Part shown: positions 44,513 through 56,600 of the stretch, piece after piece
How the letters are laid out: the number at the start of each line of letters is the position of its first letter
Numbering within the stretch: the first letter of the stretch is position 1
Program-made: the position numbers and the translations under genes
Assembly (NCBI RefSeq): GCF_000142905.1
Contig: NW_013657678.1
Location: forward strand, 186,001-250,000
Length of the DNA stretch: 64,000 nucleotides
DNA from: Thecamonas trahens ATCC 50062
Taxonomy: Eukaryota; Protista; Apusomonadida
Direction of reading: 5' to 3'
The notes under the pieces: model-generated
Database searches by the model: none
Told to the model about the DNA's origin: nothing
Seen by the model: only the letters and a program-made list of their open reading frames with translations

Positions 44513-45543
44513 ATGCTGGGCGTAGACCGCGGGAGGAGACGGTATGGGCAAGGATCGTCGGCAGCCACGCGGCGTGCGCAGCGGCATGCACACCGACCGT
44601 CTCGCGGGTTGGCTGGTGGTGGGAGGGCTGGCAGGCGCAGCAGGCGGGCGCGCCGACGGCCGGCGAGGCTGCGCGGGCCGGGCACGGCGGCAGCAGGCGA
44701 CGACGTGAGCCTGCTCAGCGGCGACAGCGCGGGCGAAGAGGAGCAAGGAAGAACAAGAGAGTACCTGCCGGGCTCGGGGGTGGCACCGCGTGCGCTGCCG
44801 CTGCTGGACGGTGTTCAGGTCACAGACTCGGCGGCGGTGGTGGCGCGAGCGGTGGCGTATCTGCGTGCGCCGCGTGGCGCTACGCCTGAGCAGATCGCCC
44901 CAAGGTGGGAATGCTACTGGACGAGCTGGGCAGATCTCTGCCAAGCACTCGTCGGGACGTGGTTCTGCGTGGCGTCGCCGATGCCATCTCGTGGGGACTC
45001 GCGTCGTTTGATGGCGACTCGGCCAGGCTGGTTCTTTCCGGCAGCAGAGCGGGCACCGACGAGCGCACGGCAGCTGCTGTTGCTGCAACCGACGTAGTGC
45101 TGCTGGCGCGTTGGGCGGGGGCAGAGCAGGCACGCACGGGCGCTTTGCGGAGGCGGCTGGCGGTGCGTGCGTTGTCGGCGTCGCACTCGGGCCTGGCGGC
45201 ACCCGTGGCTCGTGCCGGGGGCTGGGCGCGGATCCTCAGCACACTGAGTGCGCGGAAGCCGGCGTCACAACAGGCAGTCGTGACACACCGAGCGGCAGCG
45301 GTCGCCATTGAAAAGACGGCCGGCGGACGCGAGATTCAGGATCTGGCGCTGGATATTCTGGCCGAGTGTGAGACCGAGGCGGGACGTGGCGACATCGGAC
45401 CGACTGAGCTGGTCCAGCGCTCGCTCCTGATCCCAATGGAGGTCGAAAATGGCCTAGAGCAGCTGGCGGGTGGGCGGCGGATGGCTTGGCTCAATGGCGA
45501 TGTTTATTGTCTTCCGCCAAGCGCCGGCGAGCCTCGCACCTGA
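44513..45543 (+). CDS. Hypothetical protein, possible C-terminal winged helix; 1-nt frameshift ~44900
   Basis: Two overlapping ORFs join if one C is added in CCCC; the C-terminus has a helix-helix-helix-strand pattern. Confidence 0.4.
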
Positions 45544-46664
45544 TCGTGCGCAAGGTTGGAGTGGATGGTGACAGTGCCGGCATCACCGCGACCTGGTCGC
45601 CACCCGGCTGCGGCCCGAGCAAGGCTGTCGTTTGGATACGTCGTGCGCCGCTGTTCGGTCACGTCTGTTCGTGGACGACAGTCGCGGACGACAACCTCCA
45701 GCCGGGGTCCTGCGCGCCGGGCGGGTCCACGGCTACTTCCGCGGGCACGACTACGGGTCCGATTGCGACGACGACCCCGGCTGCTGCTCGCATGCTTGGT
45801 GTGGGAGTTGACCACTGCTGGCTGGGGCCGGGCCCGACGTTCTGGGCCCCCAATCTCGGATTTCCTGGCCGGTCGTGGCCGGGATGTCTGGGGCGACGCT
45901 GCCGGTTTGACGCGACGGCGTGGGCGCGGACGCGACCGTGGGCGCGGGCGCGGACCAGAAGGCGAGCGCGAGCGAACAACCTGTGCAACCAAGTCGTCCG
46001 ACGCCTCGTTGTCAGAGAGGGGGATGGTAAACGAGGTCGAGACTAGCTCGCTCTCCGGAAGTGGTGCACCGGCGGCTTCGTCGGCGAGCGCGCCACTGTG
46101 AGCGGATGCGCCGGCGACCGCGCGTCCAGCCAGCTGCGCCACCTGGGCCTGGACGGCAGCCAACTCGGAGCGCAGACGAAGGACCTCTTCGACGAGTGCT
46201 TCCGGCGATCGAGCCATGACCTCTACGTCCTGCCAAGCCGCTGCAGGCGACAACTGCGGGGAGCGCACCTGCGGCGACGGCGTCGAGTGCGTCATCAGTG
46301 AGCGATTGATGGGTTCCGGCTCGTTCAGCACGTGCTCGATCGGCGGCGAGCGGTGGAGCTGGCGTCGCGGCGTGAACGGATCCAGCTCTTTGCTGGGCGA
46401 AACGTAGTCTGCGCCGTAAGTGGTGCTCCACCTGTCGGCCTGTAGATCAGGCGAGGGGTGGCGGGGCGAGGAGCGTCCAGGGACCGGAGACGTTACCGGT
46501 CTCCGCCCGGCAGCAGCGCCGACAGCATCGGACTTTACAGGGTACCGTGGCGGCGTAGGCGGGACGGAGGAGACCCGCGGATAGAGACCAAAGGGCGCCG
46601 GTGGCTGCAGCTCTGGGGTCAGCAGGAGGCCGACGTTGTCTGTCTCGGGCAGATACCGAGCCAT
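45504..46664 (-). CDS. Hypothetical Pro/Arg-rich protein with short coiled coil
   Basis: ATG follows a C-rich tract; WSTTYGADY motif; LVEEVLRLRSELAAVQAQV coil. Confidence 0.5.
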   Translation of the reverse strand: MARYLPETDNVGLLLTPELQPPAPFGLYPRVSSVPPTPPRYPVKSDAVGAAAGRRPVTSPVPGRSSPRHPSPDLQADRWSTTYGADYVSPSKELDPFTPRRQLHRSPPIEHVLNEPEPINRSLMTHSTPSPQVRSPQLSPAAAWQDVEVMARSPEALVEEVLRLRSELAAVQAQVAQLAGRAVAGASAHSGALADEAAGAPLPESELVSTSFTIPLSDNEASDDLVAQVVRSRSPSGPRPRPRSRPRPRRRVKPAASPQTSRPRPARKSEIGGPERRARPQPAVVNSHTKHASSSRGRRRNRTRSRARGSSRGPARRAGPRLEVVVRDCRPRTDVTEQRRTTYPNDSLARAAAGWRPGRGDAGTVTIHSNLAHDQVRGSPALGGRQ

Positions 46665-46944
46665 AAGGGTAGTGGAAAGGGGATGGGGTGGGGTGGGTGG
46701 AGCGCGGGGCGTGAGAGGTCGGTGTGTGTGTGTGTGTGTGTGTGGGAGAGAGAGAGAGGGAGGGAGTTGAAGAGTGAGGAGTGAGAAGAGTGGGCCCATG
46801 GCGTATGTCGGGTGTGCGGCCATGGCTGCCACCTGCCGCTGCTTCCTCCGCCACCCCTCGCACCCCTGCCACCGCATCCCCCCCCCCCACTCTCTCTCCC
46901 CTCCTCTCCCCTCCCCCTCCCCTCCCCTCCCCTCCCATTACCAA

Positions 46945-47801
46945 ATGGCTGAAGACGGCGAGTCGGCGGCCGAGCTGGCCTGGAAGCCCGATGCATACGG
47001 CGGGGTGTTGGTCTCGGGCTCGGCGCTGCCCTCGGACGCCGACGCCTTTGCCATCGCTCTGGGGCAGAGCCTGGCTACTTGGCGTGAAGCAGGGAAGCGC
47101 GGGGTGTGGCTGCGCCTGCGTCCGGAGCTTGTGCATCTGGCACAAGTCGCCATCGCGACCGGGTTTGCTATGCACTCGGCGAGCCCTGAGCATCTGACGC
47201 TCGCGATGTGGCTGCCGGACGATACGCCGTCGACGCTGCCACCGGCGCCGGCGTTCAAGGCCGGCATCGGCGGATTTGTGACGCACGGCGATAGCGTGCT
47301 GGTGGTGCAAGAGGCTAACGGCCCGTTTCCGGGCTTCTGGAAACTACCCGGAGGGTCGGTTGATCCAGACGAGGAGCTGCTCGATGCTGCTGCCCGCGAG
47401 GTGCGGGAGGAGACCGCCATCGAGGCTGTGGCGGTGGGCATCGTCGGCGTCCGGCACGCGACGGGCGCCACCGGCGCCAGAGCTCGACCGGCAGACTTTT
47501 ACTTGTGGCGTACATGCCGCTTGACTCTGAGCAGCCGCGACCGGAGCCGGTGCGGCAGGCCTCGGAGATCGCCGCCGCGCAGTGGATGCCCATTGTCGAC
47601 TTTCTCGCGCTCGACCACGTTGTCGGCGTCTATGGCGAGCTGTACAAGCTGGCGGCGACACAGCATGCCGAGTGGCAGGCCCGCGACGAAGCAGGCGAGG
47701 CTTCACTGGTGCCACCGGCCCACGGCGGGCTCATCGAGGCCAACTCGCTGCCGATTGTCTTCCGCAAGGGCTCACACACGCTCCTCAGCGCCAAGCTCTG
47801 A
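46945..47801 (+). CDS. Nudix hydrolase, NUDT6-like; 1-nt frameshift ~47503
   Basis: Pre-Nudix SLATWREAGKRGVWL...GFAMH; Nudix box GGSVDPDEELLDAAAREVREETAI; EIAAAQWMP in the next frame. Confidence 0.85.
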
Positions 47802-47810
47802 AGCTTGTGC

Positions 47811-49196
47811 CTAGGATGACGGGCCGACCCGCGCCGCAACGTCGAGGTAGTGTTCGCAGTTCTTGAACTTGAGAAAGGCGCGGCCAGAGGCGAGCGTGCC
47901 ACCTTTCTCAAAGGTAAAGGCCGAAAAGGCACGGCGACGGACCCAGCCGAGCCAGATCAGAGAGCACGCGTTGGCGGCGATGGAAGCCTCGTTCAGGTTG
48001 GTCTCTGCAGCCTCGAGCTCAAGGTCTGGGACGCCCGCAGCGCGCTGGGCGGCGCGCTTCTCCGCACGCTTGGCAACGTCGTGGGCAACAAGCGTGACGT
48101 CGGTCCACTTGACTTTTTGGGTCATCCAGCGCGTGAACTTGCCGATACCCTTGGGGCCGCCCTCGACAACCACGACAGCATAGGGGCCGGTGAGGACGGT
48201 GCCGGTCAGGTTGTAGTGCTTGGCGTTGGCGGCGATGGAGGCACGCCAGGCGACGGCGTCGAGGTACTCGACACGGAAGACCGCGACTGCCACATGCTGC
48301 GACGTGTCCTCCATTCGCTTTGCCTTCTCCTTGGCCTTGCGCTGCTCGGGCGTCAGTGCCGCGGCAGCGTTACGGTCAAGATGGGCCTGGATCCGGGCGT
48401 TGGTCTCGGCCCTCACTCGGGCCTCCACGGCCGAGGGATCGGCGACGGCCTCGATGCCAAGCACCCGCATCATGTTGGAGAGCTTGACCTTGGGCGGCGG
48501 TGGCTTCTCGAGCCCCAGCCGGATCCGGACCTGCCGCTCCTCCTCCAGCTCCTTGCGCTTACGCTTGCGGAGTTTCTGCCGCTCGCGTGCAGTCATCCTC
48601 ACCTTGGTCGCACCAGCGCCGGCGCCGACCACTGGCGGCGGGATGGGGACCGGGTGCTCGACGAGATTGTCGAGCGTGTTCGGGCCGATGTCGGCATCCC
48701 ACCACTCCACCGCACCAGCGCCTTCGCCCACAACGTGAAAGTCGTCGAACCGCTTGTCGGTCTCGCCGGTCTCGGTCGCGGCGGCGGCGGCCGCCTCGCG
48801 CTGCCGCCGCAACCGCGCGGTCAGCGCGCCCTTGGGCAGGAATCGGAACGCCCGCCGCCGCCCGCGTGTCGCCGCCCGCCCGCGGGGCAGCGACGGCTCT
48901 CCCACAAACTCGGCAGCAGGCGTTTGCGATGGTGCAAGTGCGCGCGTCGGAGCGGCCGTGGAAGACGTCCGCGGTGGCGCAGTCGCTGCAGCCGGCGGAG
49001 GCGTAGCATCTGGGGCTGTGCCCGACGCCGGAGCTGCGCCCGACGCAGTATCTGCCGCTTTGGCTGCCGCTAGCTTTGCAGCCACTTTTGCGGCGAGGGC
49101 CTTGCGCTTCTGGGCCAGCTTGAGCTTGGCCAGCTTGGCCTTGGACGCGGCCATCTTGGCCTTGAGCGCCTCTTTGTCGACGCCGTCACCGGGCAT
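47811..49196 (-). CDS. PRPF3: U4/U6 snRNP protein Prp3
   Basis: VEWWD, LVEHP, RLGLEKPPPPKVKLSNMMRVLG, VVVEGGPKGIGKF, NACSLIWLG. Confidence 0.93.
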   Translation of the reverse strand: MPGDGVDKEALKAKMAASKAKLAKLKLAQKRKALAAKVAAKLAAAKAADTASGAAPASGTAPDATPPPAAATAPPRTSSTAAPTRALAPSQTPAAEFVGEPSLPRGRAATRGRRRAFRFLPKGALTARLRRQREAAAAAATETGETDKRFDDFHVVGEGAGAVEWWDADIGPNTLDNLVEHPVPIPPPVVGAGAGATKVRMTARERQKLRKRKRKELEEERQVRIRLGLEKPPPPKVKLSNMMRVLGIEAVADPSAVEARVRAETNARIQAHLDRNAAAALTPEQRKAKEKAKRMEDTSQHVAVAVFRVEYLDAVAWRASIAANAKHYNLTGTVLTGPYAVVVVEGGPKGIGKFTRWMTQKVKWTDVTLVAHDVAKRAEKRAAQRAAGVPDLELEAAETNLNEASIAANACSLIWLGWVRRRAFSAFTFEKGGTLASGRAFLKFKNCEHYLDVAARVGPSS

Positions 49197-49438
49197 GGGA
49201 TTGGGGTTCGGAGGGGGGGGGGGAGGGAGGGAGGGAGGGAGGGGAATGTGTGTGTGTGAGGCGGAATGGGGGTGGGAGAGGGGTGTAGGTGTAGGTTGGA
49301 GTGGGCCGCGTAGAGTGGGCGTGGGCAGTCGCACGTGTGCGGCCAGTGGCTGCGGCGGGGGGAGGGGGAGGGGGGGGGCCTGCGGCGTGGCGAGTCGCAG
49401 TCGCAGCGAGCCACACGACAGTGTCGAGGCAAAAAGAT

Positions 49439-50233
49439 TCAATCAACGAGCATGGTGAGAACAGATGGGAAGAGCATGGTGGAGACGGCATCGTGCTCTT
49501 CGGATCTAGCTGGGGCGGAAAGGAGCTGCCGGACGAGGGTCGACGAGGTACGGGTCGGGGCCGAGACGGCATCAGCGGCGGCGGCAAGCTCATCGTCGGT
49601 GGCAAAGACGATCCACTCGAGCTCATCGGGGTACTTTCGGCGGGCACGGACGGTGTCCATGCCGCGCGGCAGGCAGACAACGCCGATGCCGCGCGCGCCC
49701 AGGCCTTCCATGAAGCACTTGGCAACGTGGTCGGCGCCAGCGACGTAAGCAACGCGGAGAGAGGCCGCAAGATCGGTAGCACCTGAAGTGGTGGCTGCGT
49801 CGACGATGCGCGCGTGCAGCGTCCGCGCCACCCGCGGGTAGTCGACAAAGGTCGGCTGAGAGACCTCCCAGTCATCGGCCGCCATCCATCCATCGAGCCC
49901 CGCGTCGGCTATCGACGCTGCCACGACCGCCAGGCGGAGTTCGCCGTCCATGGCTGCGGTGCCAAGCTTTCCGCCCACATACTCTTCATGCGAGGGCGAG
50001 AGCAGGCCAGCAACCACCACGGCGTTGGCGCCAAACAGTCCGCGGTCCTCCACGGCTGCCCGTGCCGCGAGAAGTCCGCCCACATGCATGCGGTGGCACG
50101 GCGAGAGCGCGCCCGTCGCCAGCAGCACCACAGGCGTAGAGCCACACAGCCGCTCGGCACACATGGGATCCTCTATCATCGCCGCCCATCGCGCAACGAC
50201 AAAGTCCTCGGCTGCATGCCCCACCCCAGCCAT
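49439..50233 (-). CDS. Nicotinamide/nicotinate mononucleotide adenylyltransferase-like (HxxH nucleotidyltransferase)
   Basis: TGALSPCHRMH, LSPSHEEYVGGK, DDWE, YVAGADH, SSTLVR. Confidence 0.8.
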   Translation of the reverse strand: MAGVGHAAEDFVVARWAAMIEDPMCAERLCGSTPVVLLATGALSPCHRMHVGGLLAARAAVEDRGLFGANAVVVAGLLSPSHEEYVGGKLGTAAMDGELRLAVVAASIADAGLDGWMAADDWEVSQPTFVDYPRVARTLHARIVDAATTSGATDLAASLRVAYVAGADHVAKCFMEGLGARGIGVVCLPRGMDTVRARRKYPDELEWIVFATDDELAAAADAVSAPTRTSSTLVRQLLSAPARSEEHDAVSTMLFPSVLTMLVD

Positions 50234-50679
50234 ACCGATCGCCTGCACAGCGACAAGTGCCTCGAGCTGATGACCAAGACCAGTAGCGACCGAGATGATC
50301 ACTGTAGGGGGTTGCGGGTCAGGGGGCGCGCGTGCTGAAGCGACAGCAGATGTGTGGCGGTGTTCAGGCAAGAGGCGATCAGGCAGGAGGTGACGAGGGC
50401 AGTGGGGACTCGTGCGGCAACGCTCTATCTCGATCTGGTGCCACCAGAGTTCGATCTGGCCACCTTGTGCTTGCTTGTGTGACGATAGCAAACTGGAGGG
50501 TGCGTTTGATTAGGCGGTTTCTGGTCCGCGCCAAACCAGTACCGCTGTCATTGTCACCGGATCATACCCGAGTTCTGCGACGACAATCTTTGGCTGAGTT
50601 CTTCACCCCTCGCTACCCCCCCCCCCCCACCCCCCCATCCCACCCCCTCACCCCCCACCCCTCCTTCCCACCCTCACCC

Positions 50680-53600
50680 ATGACCATCCCTCCCCCCTAC
50701 GTCCTCGCCACACTGACGTTCCTTTTCCTCCTCTACACGGTTGCAGCAGGCAAGCAGGCGTGCGGTGGTTCGTTGGTGGCTCCGACTCTGATCGACCTCA
50801 ATGGAGCTGTTCCGCGCCACTTGGTCCTCTCAGATGTCGACGCAGACGGCAACACCGATGTGGTGTACGGCAACGATGGCAAGGTTCTCGGCTGGTTTGA
50901 AAACAATGTTGCCGGTTCGGGTTATCATCGCTGGGTTCCTCATGTCATCGACTTGATCAGCGAGTCCATTGTCTTGGTCGGCCTTGCCCCCAATCTCGCT
51001 GGTGACGGCGAGACCGGCATCCTGGTCCTCACCCAGTACCGCGTCTTAGCCTACCCTCGCAGCACGCTTGCCCCGTACTACATGTCGGAGACTAGCCGCG
51101 ACATTGCATCGGACTTTAGCTCGGCCGACGACATGGCCGTCATTGACATCGACGCTGACGGACTGCCCGACGTCGTTGTCAGCTCGACAATTGTCATCAT
51201 CTACATGAACATTGCTGCCGAACCGGGCTTCTTTGCGCCCAACGATGCAGAAAACACATTCTCGCCCTTTCTGGCTGCTGGCGACATCTCCGGTGATGGC
51301 GTGCCCGACCTTGCGCTCGCATCCAGCTCGAGGCTCGATTGGATCCCCCTCAACGCCGACGGCACCTTTTCAGGAACTCCGCAGCTTGTGGCTTCACCGT
51401 CGCCGTCCATCCAGTCTGACGGTGCCATCATCGCCGACATGGACGGCGACTTGGATGGGGACATTGTGGTTTTCTCCAACTACCGCAGCAACATTGTGCT
51501 TGCACTCAACGACGGTGCAGGTGGGTCTTGGACGACTTCTACCGTTATCTCGAGTGTGAGTAGCATGCAGCACGTCGTTGTTGCCGACGGCAATGGCGAC
51601 GGCAAGTTGGACGTCTTTGCCGCGGTATTCTCGGGAAATCGTATCTATTTCTATGCGGGGGACGGTGTCGGCGGCTTCGCCGCGTCCACAACTGCCGTCT
51701 CTACTACCCGACCCTACACGGTGGTAGTCGGTCATGTTGACGGGGATGCTGTCGTCGATGTTGTAGCCGGTCGGGGATCTGACGTTGGCATTGCGTTTGG
51801 CAACGGCGACGGGACCTTTGGCTCACCGCCAGGCACCCCTGTGGCCATGGCCAATCCCGGTGGCCTTTCAGCCGCCATAACCTCGAGTGACGTCGACGGC
51901 GATGGTATTGTCGATGTTGTTGTTGTTTGGGCCAACGGCGGGCTGGCCTGGCATCGCAACCTTGGCGACGGCTCGTTTGTTCTTGGCAGCGTTGTTGAGG
52001 CGTCGATGATGTTTGTGCCCATGACCATTGCGGCTGTTGATGTCGAAGGTGACGGCGACGTCGATTTGGTTTTGGGTCGAGTTGGCGTGACCAACATCAT
52101 TTGGTACGCCAACGACGGCGCTGGAATCTTTACATCCATGGGAACTCTTGATCCGCTGGGCGATGCCGTTGTCGTCGTCACCGCTGACATCGACGGAGAC
52201 CTGGATGACGACCTGTTTGCGCTCAGGGAAACCACCAGCAGCGTATGGTGGCTGCCGAACCTCGGCGGTGGCTCATTTGGTAGCGCAATTGCCATTGACA
52301 CATCCCAGGCGTTCATGTCGGAGCCGACGTCGGCCGCCTTTGCCGACTTTGACTCGTCCGGCTCGCTCGATTGTGTTGTCGTCTTCCGCTCCGACAATGC
52401 TCTAGCGTGGTACGAAAACACGGCCGGTGACGGCTCGACATGGACACGACACAATCTGCCGTACACTCCGCTGTATCCGTTCATGGTCCGCGCCGGTGAC
52501 TTTAACAACGACGGCAGGCCCGATGTCGTCGTGAGCAGCGAAGGCCAGCTCGCTTGGCTCGCTAATGTGCAGCCGAAGAGCCCCAGTCCGCACTGGACCG
52601 TTCACATTATTGACTCGGGCAGCCTGTACGACCTTACCGCCCTCGCGATCGGCGACATCAACGGCGATGGCCGTCATGACATCGCGTTTGCGTCAGACGT
52701 CTCTGGCGCCGGTGGCCTCCATCTGCTGGCGTGGTATCCTGGGCTCGACTCTGGGGGTTTTGGCTCGCGCAAGCAGCTCTCCAGTGAGTTTCACGCCAAG
52801 CGCTTGCTCATCTTGGATGTCGATGGCGACGGCCTCGGCGACGTCGTGGCACAAGGCACGTCCCCGAGTAGTGATTCGAGCATCGCACTCTTTCGCAACG
52901 ACCTCGGTGCCATGCCTGCGACATCCAAGTACCGGGGCCTCATTTCCAGGAAGGAAGCTGTTCCAAATGCTCCAAGTGAGGCTTCGTTTGTTGCTGCTGG
53001 CGACGTCGACGGCGACCTCATCGTCGACGTGGTGTTTGTCGGAGAAAGCACTGACGTTGTGGCTTGGCAGCGTGGCGTCGGAGGCGGCGAGCTCGACACC
53101 GCGCCACGGTCGATTCTCTCGGACTTTAACGGGGCGTCGATGGTTGTCCTCGTCGACGTCGACACCGATGGTGATCTCGACGTCATTGCCGCTGCCGCGA
53201 CAGCCGGCGTCCCGCTGATCTGGGCTGAGAACGTGGGTGCTACTGGCGACTTTGCCGTCATTCACACCATTTCAACGCAATCGCCGCCAGGCGTCTCATA
53301 CATCGAAGCCGTCGACATTGACAGCGACACCGACTGGGATGTGGTCTCGGTCTGGAGTACCCGCAAAGTCATCTCGGTCTTTGTCAACCTCGACGGTTCC
53401 GGCACATACAGCAACGAAGTCGTTGTGGCCACGTCGGTCGACGCCTGGAAGTGCGTACTGACTGATGTGGATGGCGATGGCGACACCGACATTGTGGCAC
53501 TCGGGACCTTTTCCAGCCTCTACTACTACATCAACACGGGTGGAGCCGGGTTGGCTTGGACGGCGGCGTCCTGGACGCTGCCCTCGTCGTACCACACCGA

Positions 53601-56600
53601 AGTGGCAGACACGCGATGGGCGGTGGCCGACTTTGACGCTGATGGCGCGCTCGATGTAGTTCACCGGGTCTTGGGCCCGACGCCGCTCCATTTCGTCCAC
53701 TTTGTCTCGGACGTTTCGAGCGCCGCGCCGACAGCTGTGGCACTCCAGGTTTTTGACCGGATGAGATACGCCTGGCCAGTTGATGTCGACGCTGACGGCG
53801 ACCTTGATCTTGTCATTCTCACCCAGGTCGAGAAGTATATCGGTGTTTTCGAGAACATCATCGCAGATGTCCCTGGCGGCGCGGCGCCAATTGCGGGCAC
53901 TCCGTTTGTGTACCCATTCCACCTAGTTGCCAGCGCAGCTTACCAATCTACAGTGCCTGTACTGGTGGACATGGACAGCGACGGTGACATGGACTGGCTG
54001 TTCAGCAGTGGGAGTCCCGAGTCGCTGTTTTGGATTCCGGCGGTAACAGCGCCAAGCGCCTTCTACGAGCCGTCGCCGCAGCAAGTTATGTTTGACGATA
54101 GCCTGGCAGCGTGTGGCAGTGCGCGTGGCTCGTTTGCTTGTCTGGCCGCCAATATCGGCCGGACCTCGCGGTGCGTCCGCGACACGCTTGTTCTCCCGGC
54201 GCGGACATTTGGCTGCCGGCTCGAGGCCCACTTTCCCATCGCCCACGAAATCGTTCTTGACGGCCGCGCAGGTGCCTCTTTTGACTGCACGCCCTTGTCG
54301 GCACCGACCGAGGTCGGTGGCGTGCTGTTCCAGGTTGTCAGTGGCGGCTATCTCGAGTTGCAACACTTGGCTGTGACCAAGACCGGCAGTGCGCGAACGT
54401 CGCTGCTGGGCTCCCCGGGGCTGCGTGCTGATGGCGCTGGCGCGCGGCTAGTTCTGACCAACGTCACGCTGACGAGAGCGGTCTCGGACACGTCTGTCAA
54501 TCCGAATCGGGTGCTTGCCGGCTATGGCGGGGCGCTTATGGCGACTTCGGGCGCCTCGCTGCGCGTTGTTGATACTGTTGTGAGCGACGCAGTTGCAGCT
54601 GTCACTGGCGGCGCGCTGTACGTGGCTGATGCCGAATCGAGCGCCACGCTGATCAACTCCATGATTGTGGAGTGCACGGCGAAAGTCTCGGGCGGCGCCA
54701 TCAGCGTCTCCAGCCTCGGCACAGTGTTTTTGCACAACTCGACTCTTGCACGCAACACGGCTGCCGCCGGCTTTGGTGGCGGGCTGTTTGTTGACGTCGG
54801 CGGACGCGCCGAGGTGATTGGTACGAACATGGTGAGCAACTCGGCACTTGGTGGTGGTGGCGTGTTTGTGCGCCCGGGCTCGTCCGCTGCTATCAGCTCA
54901 TCGGCGCTGACAGGCAATATTGCGGCAGTCGGTGGCGCGCTGGCTACCGCCGACGCTAGTGTTGACGCTGTTACCCGAGCCAGCTCGATGGCGGAGGTGC
55001 CGACGCTGGAGCTGGGTGCCGCGTCGAACGCGTCTGCTATCACTCTGGTAGACTCTGTGGTGAGGAGCAACACTGGGGTGTCTTACGGTGGCGGCGCCTT
55101 TTTGTGCGACGGCTCGAGTGCTAGCATGCTTGTGGCCGGCTCGGGCTCGATCTGGTCGGACAATGTCGCGCTGCGGGGTGGAGCCCTAGGCTCGAGCGCC
55201 GACGTGCTTGTGTGCGCACATGCCGACGGCACCGACGGCGGATCAATTGTGACGAGTGCAGGCGTGGGGCGCCCGGCGTCCACGGGCCTCTAGCACTGCT
55301 GCGATGGGAGACGCCACCGGCGGCGAGCATGTCTGTCGGTTCGTCGCTGAGCGGATTCATCGTCGGGTACGACGCGTCGGGCAATACCGTGACGTACGCC
55401 AACACCGCGCTCCGGGTGGTGGTGGCGGCGAGCGCTGGCATCGGTTCCTCTGCTGCCGGCGACGTGCGGTTGGATGCCGCCACGACGCAGTTGCCCGACG
55501 TGGCGCTGCTGGTGGAAGAGCAGCGCGAGAACGAGCCACTTCCGACGGTGGCCTACGTTGTAGAAGTGGTGCGCGCCCCGGGCTCATCCGGCTTGCCAGT
55601 TGCGAGTCTGAGCGGGCGTGTGGCGTTGACAACCTGTGCTGTCGGGTACGGCAAAGAGACGACACTGCTGGCTGGACATGGGGCGACCTTGTACACGCTC
55701 TGCCGTGAGTGTCCGGCGAGCTCTCACTCTGACGTTGTCGGGTTTGTGCCTTGCGTACCGATCAAGGAGTGCGGGATCAACTCTGTAGATGTGTCATCGG
55801 CGCTGGACGCGGTTCCAGAGTGCATGTGCGACACAGGCTTTATGCTCGTGGGCATCAATCCTGAAGCAAGCTACGTGGTCGAGTGTGCCCCGTGTCCAAG
55901 TGGCGCGGTGTGCAAGCGCGGACGAGATCCGCCTCTGGCAGCGCCAGGGTATTATGGAGAGTCCAACTCGTCGTTTGTGCAATGCCGGAGGGCGAGCGGA
56001 TGCCCGGGTGGCGCGGCGCGGAGCTGTGCCAAGGGCTACGTGGGATATATGTGCAACGTGTGCGATGTCGGATACTACTCGAATGCCAATCAAGAATGCG
56101 TCGTGTGCCCACCCGAGTCGCAGGGTGCGCTTGCCGGCGGAATGGCGATTCTAGCAGCGATTGGTGCCGGTGCCGGAGTTGTTGTTGTGCTCTCGGTGGC
56201 CAAGGCGCGCAAGGGCATGGCTGGCGGAGGTAGTCTCCGCAAGCGGACAATGCCGGCTTCGCTGTCGATGATCTTGGTTGCGTTCCAGGTTGTGGGAATT
56301 TTGGGCGACATCGACTTGTCATGGTCGGGGCAAGCGCGCGGCGCACTGCGGTCTTTCAACATCGCCAACGTCGATGTCAATCTGTTTGCGTCCGAGTGCT
56401 CGCTGACCTCGTTCCACTACAAGTATGCGGTGTCGGTCTCGCTGCCGCTTGTGGTGTTCCTTGGCGCGGTAGCAATTGCCACCACGCTACGCTTCTCGGC
56501 GATGCGGGCCAAGCTGTCTGGAGTGACGATGGGCGTGCTTGTGGATGCTGCGGTGTTCTCGATTGCGCCACTGGTGTATATTCCGATGGCGCGGGCGACG

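Noticed and set aside
50332-50679. N-terminal extension of the FG-GAP ORF
   Set aside because: Runs through an intergenic poly-C tract; the signal peptide starts at ATG 50680
55291-55293. Possible TAG readthrough or recoding in the FG-GAP gene
   Set aside because: Downstream coding continues in a different frame; a missing G at ~55268 explains it
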